Shown piece by piece: positions 36,491 to 50,561 of a stretch of DNA of 64,000 nucleotides. The notes beneath the pieces are model-generated. The model had not been told where the DNA came from. It saw only the letters and a list, made by a program, of their open reading frames with translations, and ran no database searches. The translations under genes and the position numbers were made by a program. The DNA is taken from contig CM059446.1 of assembly GCA_030390025.1 (NCBI GenBank), positions 46,686,001 through 46,750,000 on the forward strand. Direction: 5' to 3'. The stretch comes from Squalus acanthias. Lineage: Eukaryota. The stretch's first letter is position 1. Each line of letters starts with the position of its first letter.

Positions 36491-38822
36491 GGGGGGAAGG
36501 CTTCACCGTGTGGCCCAGGATGCCCACCAGGGCCTGGCCTGACTGCACACACAGTTTCTGCTTTTTATATACAACTTCCTTCCCTATATTTATCTATCTC
36601 TCCATTTCCTTCTACCTCCTGCAGTCAAGAACTAGGAGATGACTGGTCTGTTCCTAGGGCCGGAATTGATGAAAGATTGATGTGCTGAAGACTCATCCCA
36701 TTGAGGGGGCCCCACCCTTAAAAAAAAATCTTAACTCTTAAATATGCTGTTCAGATTCAACATTGGGACTAGAATAGGGAATCAAGGAAAGGGGTTTGAA
36801 TTGCTTCCCCACTGGGGTGGCAAGGTATAATACTGAGCCACAATCTTGCTTTGGTCCCTGCTTTTGTTCCTCCTTGAGGCACGAATTGGGGTTCAAATAT
36901 TCCCTCTAAAAAATGCTGTTGAAAACCCATCTAGTTCTATTCCCATGGGTGGCAAGGTATAATACTGAGCCACAATCTTGCTCTGGTCCCTGCTGTGCTG
37001 AGCTTCTGATCTGAGTCATGGCAAGTGGGCAAGGTTCTGAACAAAGGTTGTGGTGCCTCACCTTTTTGATGGCGAAGTAAAAGTTAGTCACGTATGTGCT
37101 CCCTTGTGATTGACTGTGTAAGGAGGCAAATACCGATGGCCTGGGAACAGGATATGCACCTGCTTTCACAGCAGAATTGTAGAGGCTGGGCAGACCAAAG
37201 ATGGTGTAATTGCATCTCATCCCTGTTCTACTGCACCTTGGTGATGTTAACATACTGTGCTGCTGCCCCACCTAATTTCAACATTTAAAGCATTCAGGAT
37301 GTTCATCCAGGCCCTGGTGGGATCTTGGGTATGTCTCATACAATTTGTCTATCCTAACCAGTATTATACTAGTAACTAAGCTTAAAACAGTTTGTATTGA
37401 ATTTCTGCCTATTCCTACCTGGGAACTGTGACGTGTTGGGTTTGCCCTAGTCATGATTGAGGGCTTTATAAAAACCTACTGTGACATTGCTGGAGGAGGT
37501 TTTCGTTTCTGAAGTAAATAACTTCGCCAAGGCGTGTTGCATATTTCAAATGCTTCTGTTTTTAAAATGTCACAAAATGCTATTGTAGTGCTAAACTTGT
37601 GATGAATATAGTTTCAGATTCATGAATATAAAAGTTCTACATGTGAGCTAAGAATGTTAATGTGACATAAGTAAAATGCTTTCCAAGTTTCACATTTCTA
37701 CCAGTTCAGGGTCATAACAAATGATCATGCAAAATGTGGTTCAGCAGATGACCGTTGTGTTCCAGATAAAATTCTAATCTGGATTTAGGGCTTCTAAAAT
37801 AATTTGTACTGAAAATGTAGTAAAATTGATACAGGTCCAGTGCAAGGGAAGATGCACTATAGATTGTGCCGCAAGAAGGAATTTTAAAATCCCCTTGCGA
37901 CAGTTTTTTTTTAAAAGTTAGAAAACGAGCTTGAATCTGAACAGCATATTTAAGAGGATGTGGTATAGTAACTTTTATATTTATATTAAAAAAATGTACT
38001 AGTAAGTGGATTAGAATTATTTTGGTGAAGAATAAAGTGCCTGAAGAAATATGGGCCAGGCAAATTTACATAGACATCTGGCAGGCGATACACAAATACA
38101 CCAGCTGGGCTTATGCATACACAATGCATGATATTGAATGTGGATCTTGAAGCAAACACAGCTGTTTGCCTTTTTCCCTGTTTTCTGAATGGAGTTGATT
38201 TCTACATTGAACAGTGTTGTGCTTACGCTTTGAAACCTATCTGAGAGCACGCAAATTAAATCTGTTTAAAATGTTATGGTATTTCTGCTACCACCTTTTT
38301 AATCTAGTATTGAGAATAGACTTGGGCACCAAATATAAAAAGAACCCTCTCCCAAAAAAAAATGCTGTTGAAAACACATGTCGTTATATTTCCATTTGTG
38401 ATTGGCCTTCAGTTGTATATGGTAGTAATAAATTCTGAATTCTGCAAGAGAAATTAAGACATTTTAGTTGTCTAATTTGAATGGTTGATTGCAATGCACC
38501 CTATACCCAGGGGTTTAATTATAAACCCAATGTCTCGATGAATATTCAATAGAGCTGCAGTGTGCTGCTGTTTTGGGGGTATTTGCACAAGGAATTAGCT
38601 TTCTATCATTATGAATGAAAAGATCATTTATCTTTTTCATGTCATGCAACCCTTTCTGTCGGCCGCTTTTGAGGGGCAGAAATTTGTACTTTTTTTCTGT
38701 AGAGGCCTATTTATTGTTCTGTTATTGGAAAGATGTTCTTGTGCATTAATTTGTCCATTGAAAAATGAATAAAGCTGTCTGGGTACATGTGGTAAACCTG
38801 TTCTCTCTCTTTGTCTTGATAG

Positions 38823-38945
38823 GAGGGATTTCTCAGATTCTTTGGCAGCGATGACCATTGGCAAGAGTCAACAGTACGCAACATGCTGATAACAGTTGCT
38901 GGGTTTGGTATAGCTGGGTTAGCTTGCCTTCTTGCTGTCCGATAG
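38823..38945 (+). CDS. BCL2L10: BCL2L10 coding exon 2 (EGFLRFFGSDDHWQESTVRNMLITVAGFGIAGLACLLAVR-stop): end of BH2 and TM anchor; total protein 223 aa
   Basis: ttctctctctttgtcttgatag acceptor; continues GGW|EGF. The AGFGIAGLAxLLxVR tail is characteristic of Nr-13-type proteins. TAG at 38943-38945. Confidence 0.92.
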   Translation, partial: EGFLRFFGSDDHWQESTVRNMLITVAGFGIAGLACLLAVR

Positions 38946-41354
38946 ACTGGTGCATCTAACCAATTGGAACAGTTGCTAACATCCTAGAAGATATAAATTT
39001 CTCATGCACAATGTTTTCCATTTTTATATCTCCATTTCTAAGATATTTTTGGAGGTTGCCATCATATGGGACAGAGCAGCAAGAAATCTGGAGATTCTCA
39101 AACTTTTTTGTCTGCAGTTTGCTAGTGTTAAGTTTGTTTGTTCACTTAACTTTTTTTTAATATTTCATTTAATATACTGCCTACAACACAAAATGAAGTA
39201 TCCTTTAATGTTTTTAAAAGGCTTTGCGATAAGAATTGGGCTTGAGCAAATGGAGCCCTTTATGGTTTTAATTATTGTGGGTTAGGTGTGGAAAATGAGG
39301 GAAAGTTGTGATGCAAAATGTCTTTTCTACAGCCCAGTTCTGAGAGTCACAAAGAATTGCACTAACCTATTGAGTAATCCAGATATAGCAAGGTATAACA
39401 AAATCCATTAGCTGTTTTCTGTTTCATTGCAAGAAATTTATGCCTGTGTATATACATGTGTGCGCCTGTCTAAGAGTCTCAGAAAAACTCTAGTTAGAAA
39501 TCTGGTTTCATGTGCCCTGGTCCAAATTAAACTGTTTGCTTAGGTTTGACCTTTTTGTTATGAATAACTAACTATATTCATACCAATTTATAGTTTGTTC
39601 ATTTATGGCAACTTGGGTGTTCAACCTTGTACATGTCTGAAGTTTTCATACTTAAAATAAGTTTAAAAGAAACCTACTTTACCAGAAAAGAGAGTACATT
39701 TCTATCAGGGTATTATAATTTAGCAACCTTCAGCAAAGCTAAAGGTCCACTAGCGTTAGTTTTTTGTATATTTTTTCTCTCCTCTTCCTCTGTCCTCCCA
39801 CTAATATTGGTATTTCATAAACAAGAGCATCATAATAGTTTTATAGTTGGTAATGGTTTGGTAATGTATTAACTAAATCATTCCACCATATTGTTAAAAT
39901 ATGGTGTTTCCATATTGTGTACAGTGTAGACATCAAAGTAGTAGTAGAAAATAGTACACCTAGCCAGCAAACTATTACAAGTGCAAAGTAATTTTTTTAA
40001 ACTTTTCTGTATTTGTAAAAAAAAAGTGTTACTAATTCTGTACTGTAATACATTGTGAAAGCTTGATGAATTCCTACTGTACATGCAGGTCAGAATTTTG
40101 AAAGCACCTCACACTCAAATGGGGTCTAGAAAGCAACCAAATATACCTGGAACTTAATGTCATTGGCGATGTTATAGTTTAAACGTCCCATCATATTTTA
40201 AATCGTGTAAAAGTATTTATATAACATTTTTATAAATTAAAATATAGCAAAGCATTTAGAATCATGCCATGACTTAAAATCTGCTTTCTGTGAAGCTTGT
40301 TTTACCTTGTGGCGGGGTGAGCATTTACCCTTATAGTGCATGGAACTATTAATATATATTCGTGTTTCCTGTAACTCCTTGCCATTAAATTTTATCAGAA
40401 GGAGCATGTTAATGGATGTATTCTTTGGGATGTTCTCAGACACGGGATGTTGAAATCATTATTTGATTTTTTTGCTTGATGATCAACGTGAATCCCTTGC
40501 TGTGTCCTAATTAATTGAGAGGTGCAGAAAATACAGCAGTGTAGAGGAGGAAGTACTGAAATCTACATTTTGCTGAGTTTCCTGTATGTGTACAGCATTA
40601 TTGTCTTTGCTTATTTCTTTTAGCTCCAACAATTTGTACTCTTGTTTCAAGCTGTTGCATTATACCCAAAATGGCAAAGTAATTTATGAATCATAGAAGC
40701 AAGTAAATCTGCAGTTTGGAACTAATTTTGCATTTTTTAATTTGAATGTGCCTTGTGTTCTGTTCTGATGAAGTCTTCAAAAGAGATTCAATGACTGTCA
40801 AAATATGTTGGGTTTATTTTTCAACTGAAAGTCTTAATAGGGGACTTCCCCTCAAGTATCACAGTGCACTCGGGCTGAATGGTTGTGTATGTTCTAAAGG
40901 TACTTACTGAGCAGTCTGTAATTGCTGAAATGACAAAATCAATGAAACCTGGAAATTCTGAGGCTCTGTGTGGTGATGCTTTATTACTTAGTTTTATTAG
41001 TCTGTAAGGACAGTTGCTGTCTCTTGCATATATTGCAAAGAATTGAAAGTTTAAAAAAAAAATAAGATTTAGGCTATGCATTTTTGCATTTAATTGGTTT
41101 TTGTATTGGAACTGTTTTTTCTTGATGACTGCCTGCTGGGGTATGGTTCCATGGGCACTAATTGCGTGCACTTACCTTACCCAAGTGACCATTACACGCA
41201 TGAATCTTGATGCTGGATTTGACCGCATGCTATTTGACCACACTGGGCATCACATTTCAAGCTTGTTACTCTATTTTTGTCATGAACAGGATTTTTTTTT
41301 TGGTCCCTAACCCTGCAGCTATGTTAAACTTTCTCTCCCGCTCCCTCTTCTCTT

Positions 41355-41414
41355 CACCCCCACCCCCACCCCCACCCCCACCCCCACCCCCACCCCCACC
41401 CCCACCCCCACCCC
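41355..41414. repeat. (CACCCC)n hexamer repeat, about 10 units
   Basis: Read directly; the minus strand is (GGGGGT)n. Confidence 0.92.
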
Positions 41415-43479
41415 TGAGATGCATGAGCACAGACCTTTATTCTGCCAAAGTTAATAGTTAAAGGCTGCATTCAATGCATTGATTAGCTGTAAATCTTGTC
41501 CCACCTGTTTGATTGCAGAACAGTCATTCTAAATGGAATAGGTGCGGTGGGGTTGCTAAGTAAATTGTGTTGAATGTATGAAGCTGGCTTGAAAAATGTT
41601 TCCACTTGCAAACTGGCTTTCAGGAAGGTACAAATAACGCAGCATTCTCTGTGGAATCTTTATTAGTTCAACTTAATGGGTTCATGGAAAACTTGGATTT
41701 TAAACTATGCACTGCCAAATTTGGGCACTTCCTTTTTAAATGAGATTACTTTTACAACGTTAATGTGTAATGTCAGAGCAGAACTGCACTAAAATGCAGT
41801 TTAATTGGTTAGATAACAGTGATCTTGCATGAATGTACTTTTCAAAGCATTCTTTAATGCTTCCTGTTAATTCATGCCTCTCACTAATTGCAGTGCACGG
41901 ATATGGCAGAGAATTTTCTGTTGAATGGAGGATACTTGTATTGGCTGTCGTTTGGGATATGTTCCATACAGTCCAAAGAACTCTACTGAGCAGCATTACT
42001 TGTTTAGAATAATGAGGCAAGCTTAAATTGTACTGCTGTCTAAACTGCTCTTAGGCCAGGATAAATGTGTCTAATCTTCTCTTGCCCTCCCTTTCTGGTA
42101 GTTTCACTCTTGGAGAAAGCAGGGTATATTTTATGGTGACACTGCCCGGTGCTATGGGGGGGGGGGGGGGAGATAAGGCTGAGTTAAATTTACAACCTGA
42201 ATTATTCCATTTTTGCTTTAATTTGGAAAAGTTTGCATTGTACCTAATTTGGCACATAATTCAGCATGGGTCATGTGTACCTTCCCACTAGGTTCATGTC
42301 ATGCTAGTGGATAAAGATGGGTTTAAACTTAAAATGTTATAGTGCAAGCTACTTGCAACAAACTGATCTGGGTATACATGATTTATTTTTGGTCCAGTTT
42401 AAATTACATTATAATCAGAAAGATTATTGTGACCTTTATCATGACAGCTATTGTGATTATTTTAAAATATAGATGTCTACTAGTTCAGTTTTGTTTTGAT
42501 TCTAAAACTGATTAACTTCCAATATAGAAGTGAGCAGGCAATCTGCAGAATATTGGCTATAGACTCTGATTTAGAGATTTAAAGTCCAGAAGAAGGAATG
42601 TATGCCAGTTCATTAATACCACAGGGAGCAACATGATTCCAGATACAGTCAAATTGTGGCTATTTTACATTTCCTGCAGATACAGTCAATTTAAGGAAAG
42701 GAATGTCCAGAAACCAACATTCCTATCCACCCTAATTGAGGAATCGTGCGTTACTTTCAGTGCATTTGGTTTGGGGAAAACTTTTGTTCAGTTTACCCAA
42801 TTTGCCTGGACAAATCACCTCGAGTGTGACTACAAAGTACCATTTATCTGTCTGCTATCTATCCAGTTCATTTGCATCTTGTTTGTAAAGGTGAGTAGAC
42901 ATCTTTTTCCCGAGTGGTATTTGGGAGGGGATGTGGATGCTCCCTTGTTTAGAGTTGAGTCAGGGGAAAGAATTGGGCCTCTAGTTAACTAACTAGTCAC
43001 AAAACTGAAGAGCAATTCTAGGAAAATATAACTATTGTGTGCTGCTAACTTGGAACTTATGAAAGCAGTTTTGCTATCTGAATAACCCAATCTGCAATAA
43101 GCACTTCAAGGGTCATAGCAGTACAAATGTTTCTATGGCAGGAATGTTTTCAATTCAATGCACCTAACTGAACAAAAGAGACAGATTTAACAAAATGCCT
43201 ACTTCATAGATGGCTCTATCTATTTCATAATTACAACAAAATTGTATTTGTACTTATGTAAACTCCGGATAAAAGCAACATTTTTTTATATAGCACACCT
43301 GTGTGCAGCTATTGAAAGATTGAAGCAAGTAGATACATTTTTTTGATTGACCAGGTTTGAACTAAACATGTACTGTTAACATTGCTGAATCCCTCTACCC
43401 ACAATAACACACAAGGGCAATTCTGGTAACATCACACTGAAATGCCAGCTTGTTTTAGTTGTTGGCATCAGCATGTTCA

Positions 43480-43682
43480 AAATAAAAACAGTAAATGGTG
43501 GATATACTTAGCAGGTGAGGCAGCAACTGCAGAGAGAGAAACCGAGTTAAGATTTCAGGTCAATGACCTTTTCATATCAACCTGAAACGTTAAGTCTGTT
43601 TCTCTCTCCATGCTGGCTGACCTAAGTGTTTCCAACATTTTGTGTTTTTAATTTCGGATTTCCAGCATCCACAGTATTTTGT
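43480..43682. mobile_element. Penelope-derived fold-back element (diverged)
   Basis: Same inverted-arm architecture and the ggatttccagcatcc(a/g)cagtattttg tail. Confidence 0.65.
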
Positions 43683-45209
43683 TGAAGAATTCAATCACCA
43701 CTCCAGGACTTGAGCATGTATGTAATCTAGGCAGGCAATCTGCTATGAAAACTATAATTTTAGTGTTCAACTGATGGATTACCAACAACTCAAATGGCTG
43801 TGGTTTGTGATTGAAGTTCCTGGTGAAATTGTTGTTTGTAATCAAGCCAAAATATCAATTATCTAATAATAGGTCAATAAACCATGGTGTTAAAAGGGGT
43901 AAATAATGGGTTCAAGTAGCATAACAAAGTAGGGTTTCTTCTGTTACTTATCCTGGTGTTTTAGTATTAAGTTTAGCTTTTCAATAAAATTGTTGACTGC
44001 AAATTGAACCCATTCCCACATTAAAACTAAGATCTGTGGTGAAGGAAATACTGATAGTTTTAAACTATAGCCCAGGACAACTTTTGTTGATCTCTGTTTG
44101 TCATCTAAAAATATTACCAAGTAATTTCTCATTTTTTAAATTCATTTTGTCTTTGTCTTTTGGTACAAATTGGATGGAAATTTGAACTACAAACAGGTTT
44201 AGCCAATAACATTCCCATAAGGGCATGATAACTTTCCTTCTATTTTAACCCCACCAAAAATGCTGCATTTGAATTTCAACTTGTCTCAACTGTGTCCCTT
44301 CTACTGTTGGTGGTCCATCACCATTCAGGACTTCTCCATAGTAGCACCTTGCTGACGAACTGACATTCTACTGGGGGAAATAAATTAAGACCTAGCTCTA
44401 GATAGGATCAGAACTTCAACTTTAGTTAAAATTTAAATTCAAAATTGGCTGAACTTTAATGATTAATTGAAATGGCTTTCATTTCATGTCAGTGTACTGA
44501 CTGTCCTCAGTTTGGAATATGATTCTTAGATGGGACTCTGAGCACAGATCAGAAAGCAACCTGGAACCCTATTCATAGATACAAACAGATTAGGGATGCC
44601 ACTAATATAGACTTATGATTGTTTTTGCACAAGGCTGTGCTAAATACTAAAAGATTCAATATCCAAACAATCTCTCCAGCATAATGCATATACATTCATG
44701 TTTACACTATTAAATTGTTGAATATTAAAGCATTTAATTGGTGCTTGACATTGACTACTTTTGAGAAGATGAAATCTTTTTGAACAACCAAAATAACTTG
44801 TGGTTCTTTAATTACTGCAGGTTTGTACCATTGCCTTTGATTTATTTTCATGAGCAGAAATTGTGATCCCACCACCACATAAAAGTTAGTACTATCTGCT
44901 TTTATAGAACATATAATAAGAATAAAGTATGGGGACTACTGATTTCCATATTTCCACCAAGTTATTACTTGTTTAGGCGTCTGGGATCTAGCCCACCTAC
45001 TTTTTGCCTTGCACTAAAATCCTGAACTTGAAGTGTGCATGTGTCTGCAAGGCTAAATATTAGAACTCTGCCATTTAAAATACCCTTCTCCTTTTCAAAT
45101 GGCCGAACAATCCTGAAATTGCTGTCTTTTTTTTTGCTTGCTTCTTTTGCATAGGTATTATAGATCAGACCTGCAACAGCTTCTCTTCCTGCTCCTGCAC
45201 AGTTACCTC

Positions 45210-46198
45210 TGGAGTCCCCCAAGGATGTATCCTTGGCCCCCTCCTATTGCTCATCTACATGCTGCCTCTCTGCGACATCATCCAAAAACAAAACAGCAGG
45301 TTCCACGTGTACGCTGACAACACCCAGCTCTACCTCACCACCACCTCTCTCGACCCTGCCACTGTCTCTAAGTTGTGAGACTACTTGTCCGACATCCAGT
45401 ACTGGATGAGCAGATATTTCTTCCTACTAAATAGTGGGAAGACTGAAGCCATTGTTTTTGATTCCCTGCCACAAACTCTGTTCCCTAGCTATCGACTCAA
45501 TCCCTCTCCCAGGCAATTCTCTGAAACTGAACCAGACTGTTCGCAACCTTGGTGTCGTGTTTGACCCTGAGATGAGCTTCCGACCGCATATACGTGCCAT
45601 CACTAATCCCGCCTACTCCCACCTCCGTAGCCTCACCTGACTCTGCCCTGCCTCAGCTTAGCTCATCTACTGCTGAAACCCTATCCATGCCTTTGTTACC
45701 TCTAGACTTGACTGTTCCAAGGCATTCTTGGCTGGCCAACCATCTGCCACCCTTGAGCTCATCCAAAATTCTGCTGCCCGTATCCTAACTTGCACCAAGT
45801 CCCGATCACCCATCACCCCTGTGCTCGCTGACCTATATTGGCTCCTGGTTAAGCAATGCCTCACTTTTTTTTTTAATTTCTCATCCTTGTTTTCAAGTCC
45901 CTCCATGGCCTTGCCCCCCCCCCCTATCTCTAACCTCCTACAACCCTCAGATCTGCGCTCCTCCAATTGTGGCCTCTTGTGCATCCCCAATTTTAATTGC
46001 TCCACCATTGGCGGCCATGCCTTCAGCTGCTGAGGTCCTAAGCTCTGGAATTCCCTCCCTAAACCCCTCTGCCCCTCTTTCCTCCAAGACGCTCCTTTAA
46101 AAATATTGCCTTATGTGGCTCGGTTTCAAATTTTGTTTGGTAATGCTCCTTTGGCCATTTACTATGTTAAAGGCGCTGTATAAATGCAAGTTGTTGTT
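45210..46198 (+). mobile_element. L2 LINE 3' fragment
   Basis: [22 protein letters not shown] and ITPVLADLYWL peptides; gttgttgtt tail. Confidence 0.85.
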
Positions 46199-49100
46199 AC
46201 TTAACCCTGTTTGCAGTAAATTGTGCACTAAAATTTATGTAGGATTCCAGCTGTGTCTTTAATCTGTTCAGTGATGCAAAATAACATACTGTGCCAGCTG
46301 TGTTCAGGCTAAAATGGGTACTCCAGTTTATTTACACTTGGATAACAAAGAAGAAAAGGTAGTAGGCATATGTACTATTAAAATACAAAAGTGCAGACAG
46401 TCCCTCCTGAGATCAGCCTTTCTCTGGCATAGAATAGCCTCTTGAAATTAAACTCTAGGATAAATGCATATTTTGCCTCATGTAATGAAGTTCACTCGGA
46501 ATATGACGCAACTGCTCAGAGCACTGAGTCTGAACAGAGCAATTCAGTCTTCAAAAATGAGCTTAGATCTTGATTATAACCTTTAATACCCCTGCAAAAG
46601 AAACTAATTTCCTGGATGTAGACATCCAGACATCTTGCAATGATATCACTATCAATGATGGGGACATATTTTTGTTTGGAATTGATATCCAAATGCAACT
46701 TTCACACACATCAAAGCGCATTCCTGTCTTGCATCAAACCATAACTAACTTGTGATAAACTCCTAGACAAACCTGTTTGGTTGCTCAGCAGTGCAGGGAC
46801 TACATTTTTACATTATATGCTGCCAGAAAGCTGAATTGAGTGCTCCACAAGTGAACATCCTGTTTAATGCTTAAATGTTAGATACTGATAGTTTTCTTAA
46901 AGGCAAGTTAGCTTCCTTTTAACCCTCCCCTCACCACCCTTCTGAAAAAACCCAGTCTAACATGAAAGTAATTTTGAAAGCTGTATTGGAGAGATGAGCT
47001 GTGTAATTGTGGATCTCACCACAGGATTCCTTTCAGAAGCTTTGTGTATTTAGTGTACATGAGACATTAAACCAAGGCCTCATCTGCCCTCTGGGGTAGA
47101 TATAAAAGATTCCATGGCACTTTTCAAAGAAGAGCAGGGGAGTTCTCCTGCTGTCCTGGCCAACATTTATCCCTCAACCAACATCATTGAAGCAGATTAT
47201 CTAGTCAGTTATCTGTTTATAGGAACTTGCTGCCAAATTTCTCTACATTACAACAATGATTACATTTCAAAAGTACTTCATTAGCCATGAAGCACTTTGA
47301 GACGTCATGAAAAGCACTGAGTTTTCTTCAGCTTTGGATCATATGCTGCATAAGGCATTCTTTAATACTCAACAACTTGCCTTTATATGGTAGCTTTAAT
47401 GTATAAAATGTTCCAATGTACTTTATGGGATGGAGAGGAAAGAGACAATTGAACATTCTGAGGCATATTGAGTTGGCAGAGGTGATGAAAAGAAGTTTTG
47501 GCAAGGTTTTTAAAGGTGGAGATGGAGTGGTTTAGGAAGGGAGTTTGAGTGTAGAGCTAAAGCAGCTGAAGGCTTTGCTACCAATGTTTGGGCAAAAGGA
47601 GGGTGGTATGTAAAAGGAAAATGGCTAGAGTTTGGAAACTGAAGAGTGTGGTAGGGGATATAAGGCTGGAGGAAGTTGCAGAAATGGGGTAGAGCGAGAC
47701 ACGAGAGATTTGAAGGTAAGAATTTTACATTGGCTTCCTACCCCTAACACATGCAATGGGCCAACACAGTTTTTCCTTTGCTCAAGGTTTCCATCATCTG
47801 TAATCCTGTATAGTATGACAATTTCCTCCTGCGTCTTAGTGAGCCAAATTAGAAATCCGTTTATAATGTTAAAAAAAAACTTGAACGTTTCTACTGAGTG
47901 ACCACATCTTCAAACTGCTGCCCTAAGCTGAAATATTTTAGTTTTATTCGCACTTCTATTTCTTACTGGATGGTTTGTCTTGTTTGATCGTTGTAGGTAT
48001 AAATGCTTGAAAACGGCTGTCCTGGACACCTTTGCCTTATTGTTGGATAAATCCTGAATCAGGATACAAGCAACTTGGGTTGATTTATGAAAATGAATAG
48101 AACATGGCTTTAAACTTCAGATGTGGCTCCCAATGTTCTATTGTGCCCATAAGACAAAAAAAAAGTTGACACCTTGTGACTGACCAATATTAAATAGTGT
48201 TAACATTGTAATTTACTAGTTACACTTCATGATTTTGTCCCTTTACTCCTGAACAAGCAGATGTTGGAATTTAAATAGTTATATGTTGGAACATCTATGA
48301 ACGACACAACACACGAACCCAATGGAATTCATTTATCAGAGATTCTGGAAGTAATTTGTATAAAATCTCTAGTCAGAACCAATGAAGGGAATGCTTTTCC
48401 ATAGTATTGAATGATGAAGTACCGAATCTCTGGACTGTAAGAAACCACAACATGTCTTTAGGCCACCAAGAATGGCAAGTTAGATTGGGGGCAGGATGAG
48501 ATTGCAATCTCCAATTGGAGACAATAAAAACTTCATATTGATTCAACATAGTTTTCCAGGTTTGGAGATGGTTCTTTCAACGCTCTCCAAGCACCTCAGC
48601 TAATAATTTGTAGTGCTATAAATTGGGCAAGGGGACCAGAAAACCAAGGAAACAACTTGGTTACCATTATGGGAAATTATAAAATACATGCCTTCTACAG
48701 AGTGGCCAAATTATGCTATTAAGATACTTCCCTTGGCGTGCTTACCCCACTATCCATTCCATGTGTAGGCTAAACCGTAAGCGTGGCTAAACTAGCCCTC
48801 CATGATTGTCTAATTCTGTTGTTCTCTGAGATCCATACCCTTTCTAATAGGTGTTACTGAGTAATGCTGGTACTCCAAGATTCACAATATCTCAGAAGTC
48901 TTAAGGAAGCTCTGAAGTCTAGCAGAAACAGGGATATGACCCCTTTTTGCTCCACTATTTCCTCAAGGCTCCCATTTGGACACTGAGGACTCCTACTGAG
49001 AATCTCAAGTGCTACTGACTAGCAATTTAGGAACTGAGAACGGTGGCCAATTTATCTCCTCCCTAGCCTAGTGATCCTGCAGCTAGTTGTTGTGATTGCC

Positions 49101-50561
49101 TGACGTCAGTGAACTCGGCACAGAAGCGTCGAACCTGGGACCTTGCTAATCAGTATGACTTGGTAACATATAGTGATTTTTCCCAATGAGCCATCAGACA
49201 ATGTTATACATTTTATTCAAAAGTAAGAAGCTACTTTCTTAACACCTACCTGATTTGCACTACCTCCGCTTTCCATAACATTTGCATTTTTTCCACATTA
49301 GTTTTTAAGTGTGTAAGCATACTAGTATCAAATTACTGTGACATATATAGTTAGTTCCCATAACATGCAGGTTGTAGATTAAAACATATGACTGCTTTTC
49401 AGATTAATATCTTAAACAGCTATGACTAACGCAGCCATCCCAGATTTTAATATTTGTGAAGCTGTTTTGAACAGTCTGTTCTGTTTTATGGTAATGTATT
49501 ACAATCATTATCCTATTTTTACAATTATGCTGTACAGGAAGGGTGTCCAAATTCTGAGCATGGGCCGTTTGTGACCCGTGAGTTCTGTCAGTCTGCCAGT
49601 CTCTGCTCTTTGGTCTGACAACTCTGGCCTCCTGAGCACCATTCACTCTACTATTGGTGACCGAAGCTTCTGCTACCTCTGCTCTACATTCTGGAGCTCT
49701 CTCTTTATATAACCCTTTACCTCGTTGCATCTCTTCCCTGCCTTCAAAAGCATCTCTTCAGCAATCAGCCCAAATCATCATCTGCTCAGTGTGCTAATCT
49801 GAGGGACCTGTGACATTTTCTATGTTAAAGTTACTTAAAAAATGCAGTTATTGTTGTTTACTCCTAGCAGTAATTGTTACTCTGCACTATGTGACCATCA
49901 AAGACTAAATGCTTGCATGCTCCTGCTGTTAAAATCTCCTGTTTTGGGATTGTTGCCCTTCTTTGAAGGTAGAAAATCTCTTGCCCTGTTGCACACTTCC
50001 TGTTCCCAAAGGGATGATGGTGGGCAGTATGCCCCCAGACCAGTGCTAGTACAATGCCTGGCTGGCCCACCAGACACATCTAGGAATGGGACAAAGGAGG
50101 CTCCTCATTCAATTTTCTGCAGGGTGTCAGCTGACTTCTGCTTAGAATCTCCCTACAGCAGTGCAGCTGAGATTAGGACTATAAAATGGTCTTCAAGCCA
50201 AAATCATGCACTTCCTATCAACTTTCCCATGGAAAATTCATATGCCCACACTTCTAATAGAAATCTGTTAGACTAATTACACCCTCACTGCTAGTGGAGG
50301 CACTGCAGTTGCGTCACAGGTGGGAGGCTGTAATTACGATGTGGCCAGTTGACATAGAAAGTTTCCATTTATAAATGAGGACACAAGAATTCATAATGGA
50401 AATATAATCGGGCAACATCTATGATTTTAAAATGGGTAATGAATTGCATCCACATACCTTGGTCCAATTAGCCTCCAGCCTCGAACCCCACTTCATCTAA
50501 AGGCTATATTTAGTCCTGACTTCCTGTGTGCAATGCTACAGGTGATTTACGAGTTGAGAGA

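Noticed and set aside
38820-38825. NAGNAG tandem acceptor (TAG GAG) at BCL2L10 exon 2
   Set aside because: GAG acceptors are rarely used, and skipping would delete the conserved acidic BH2 residue; no supporting evidence.
41207-41461. ORF with a long poly-proline run
   Set aside because: Just the translation of the (CACCCC)n microsatellite.
46570-46755. ORF with NFLDVDI motif resembling Penelope RT or a host exon
   Set aside because: Single short motif with no supporting flanking homology or clear splice pair; cannot be supported without a search.
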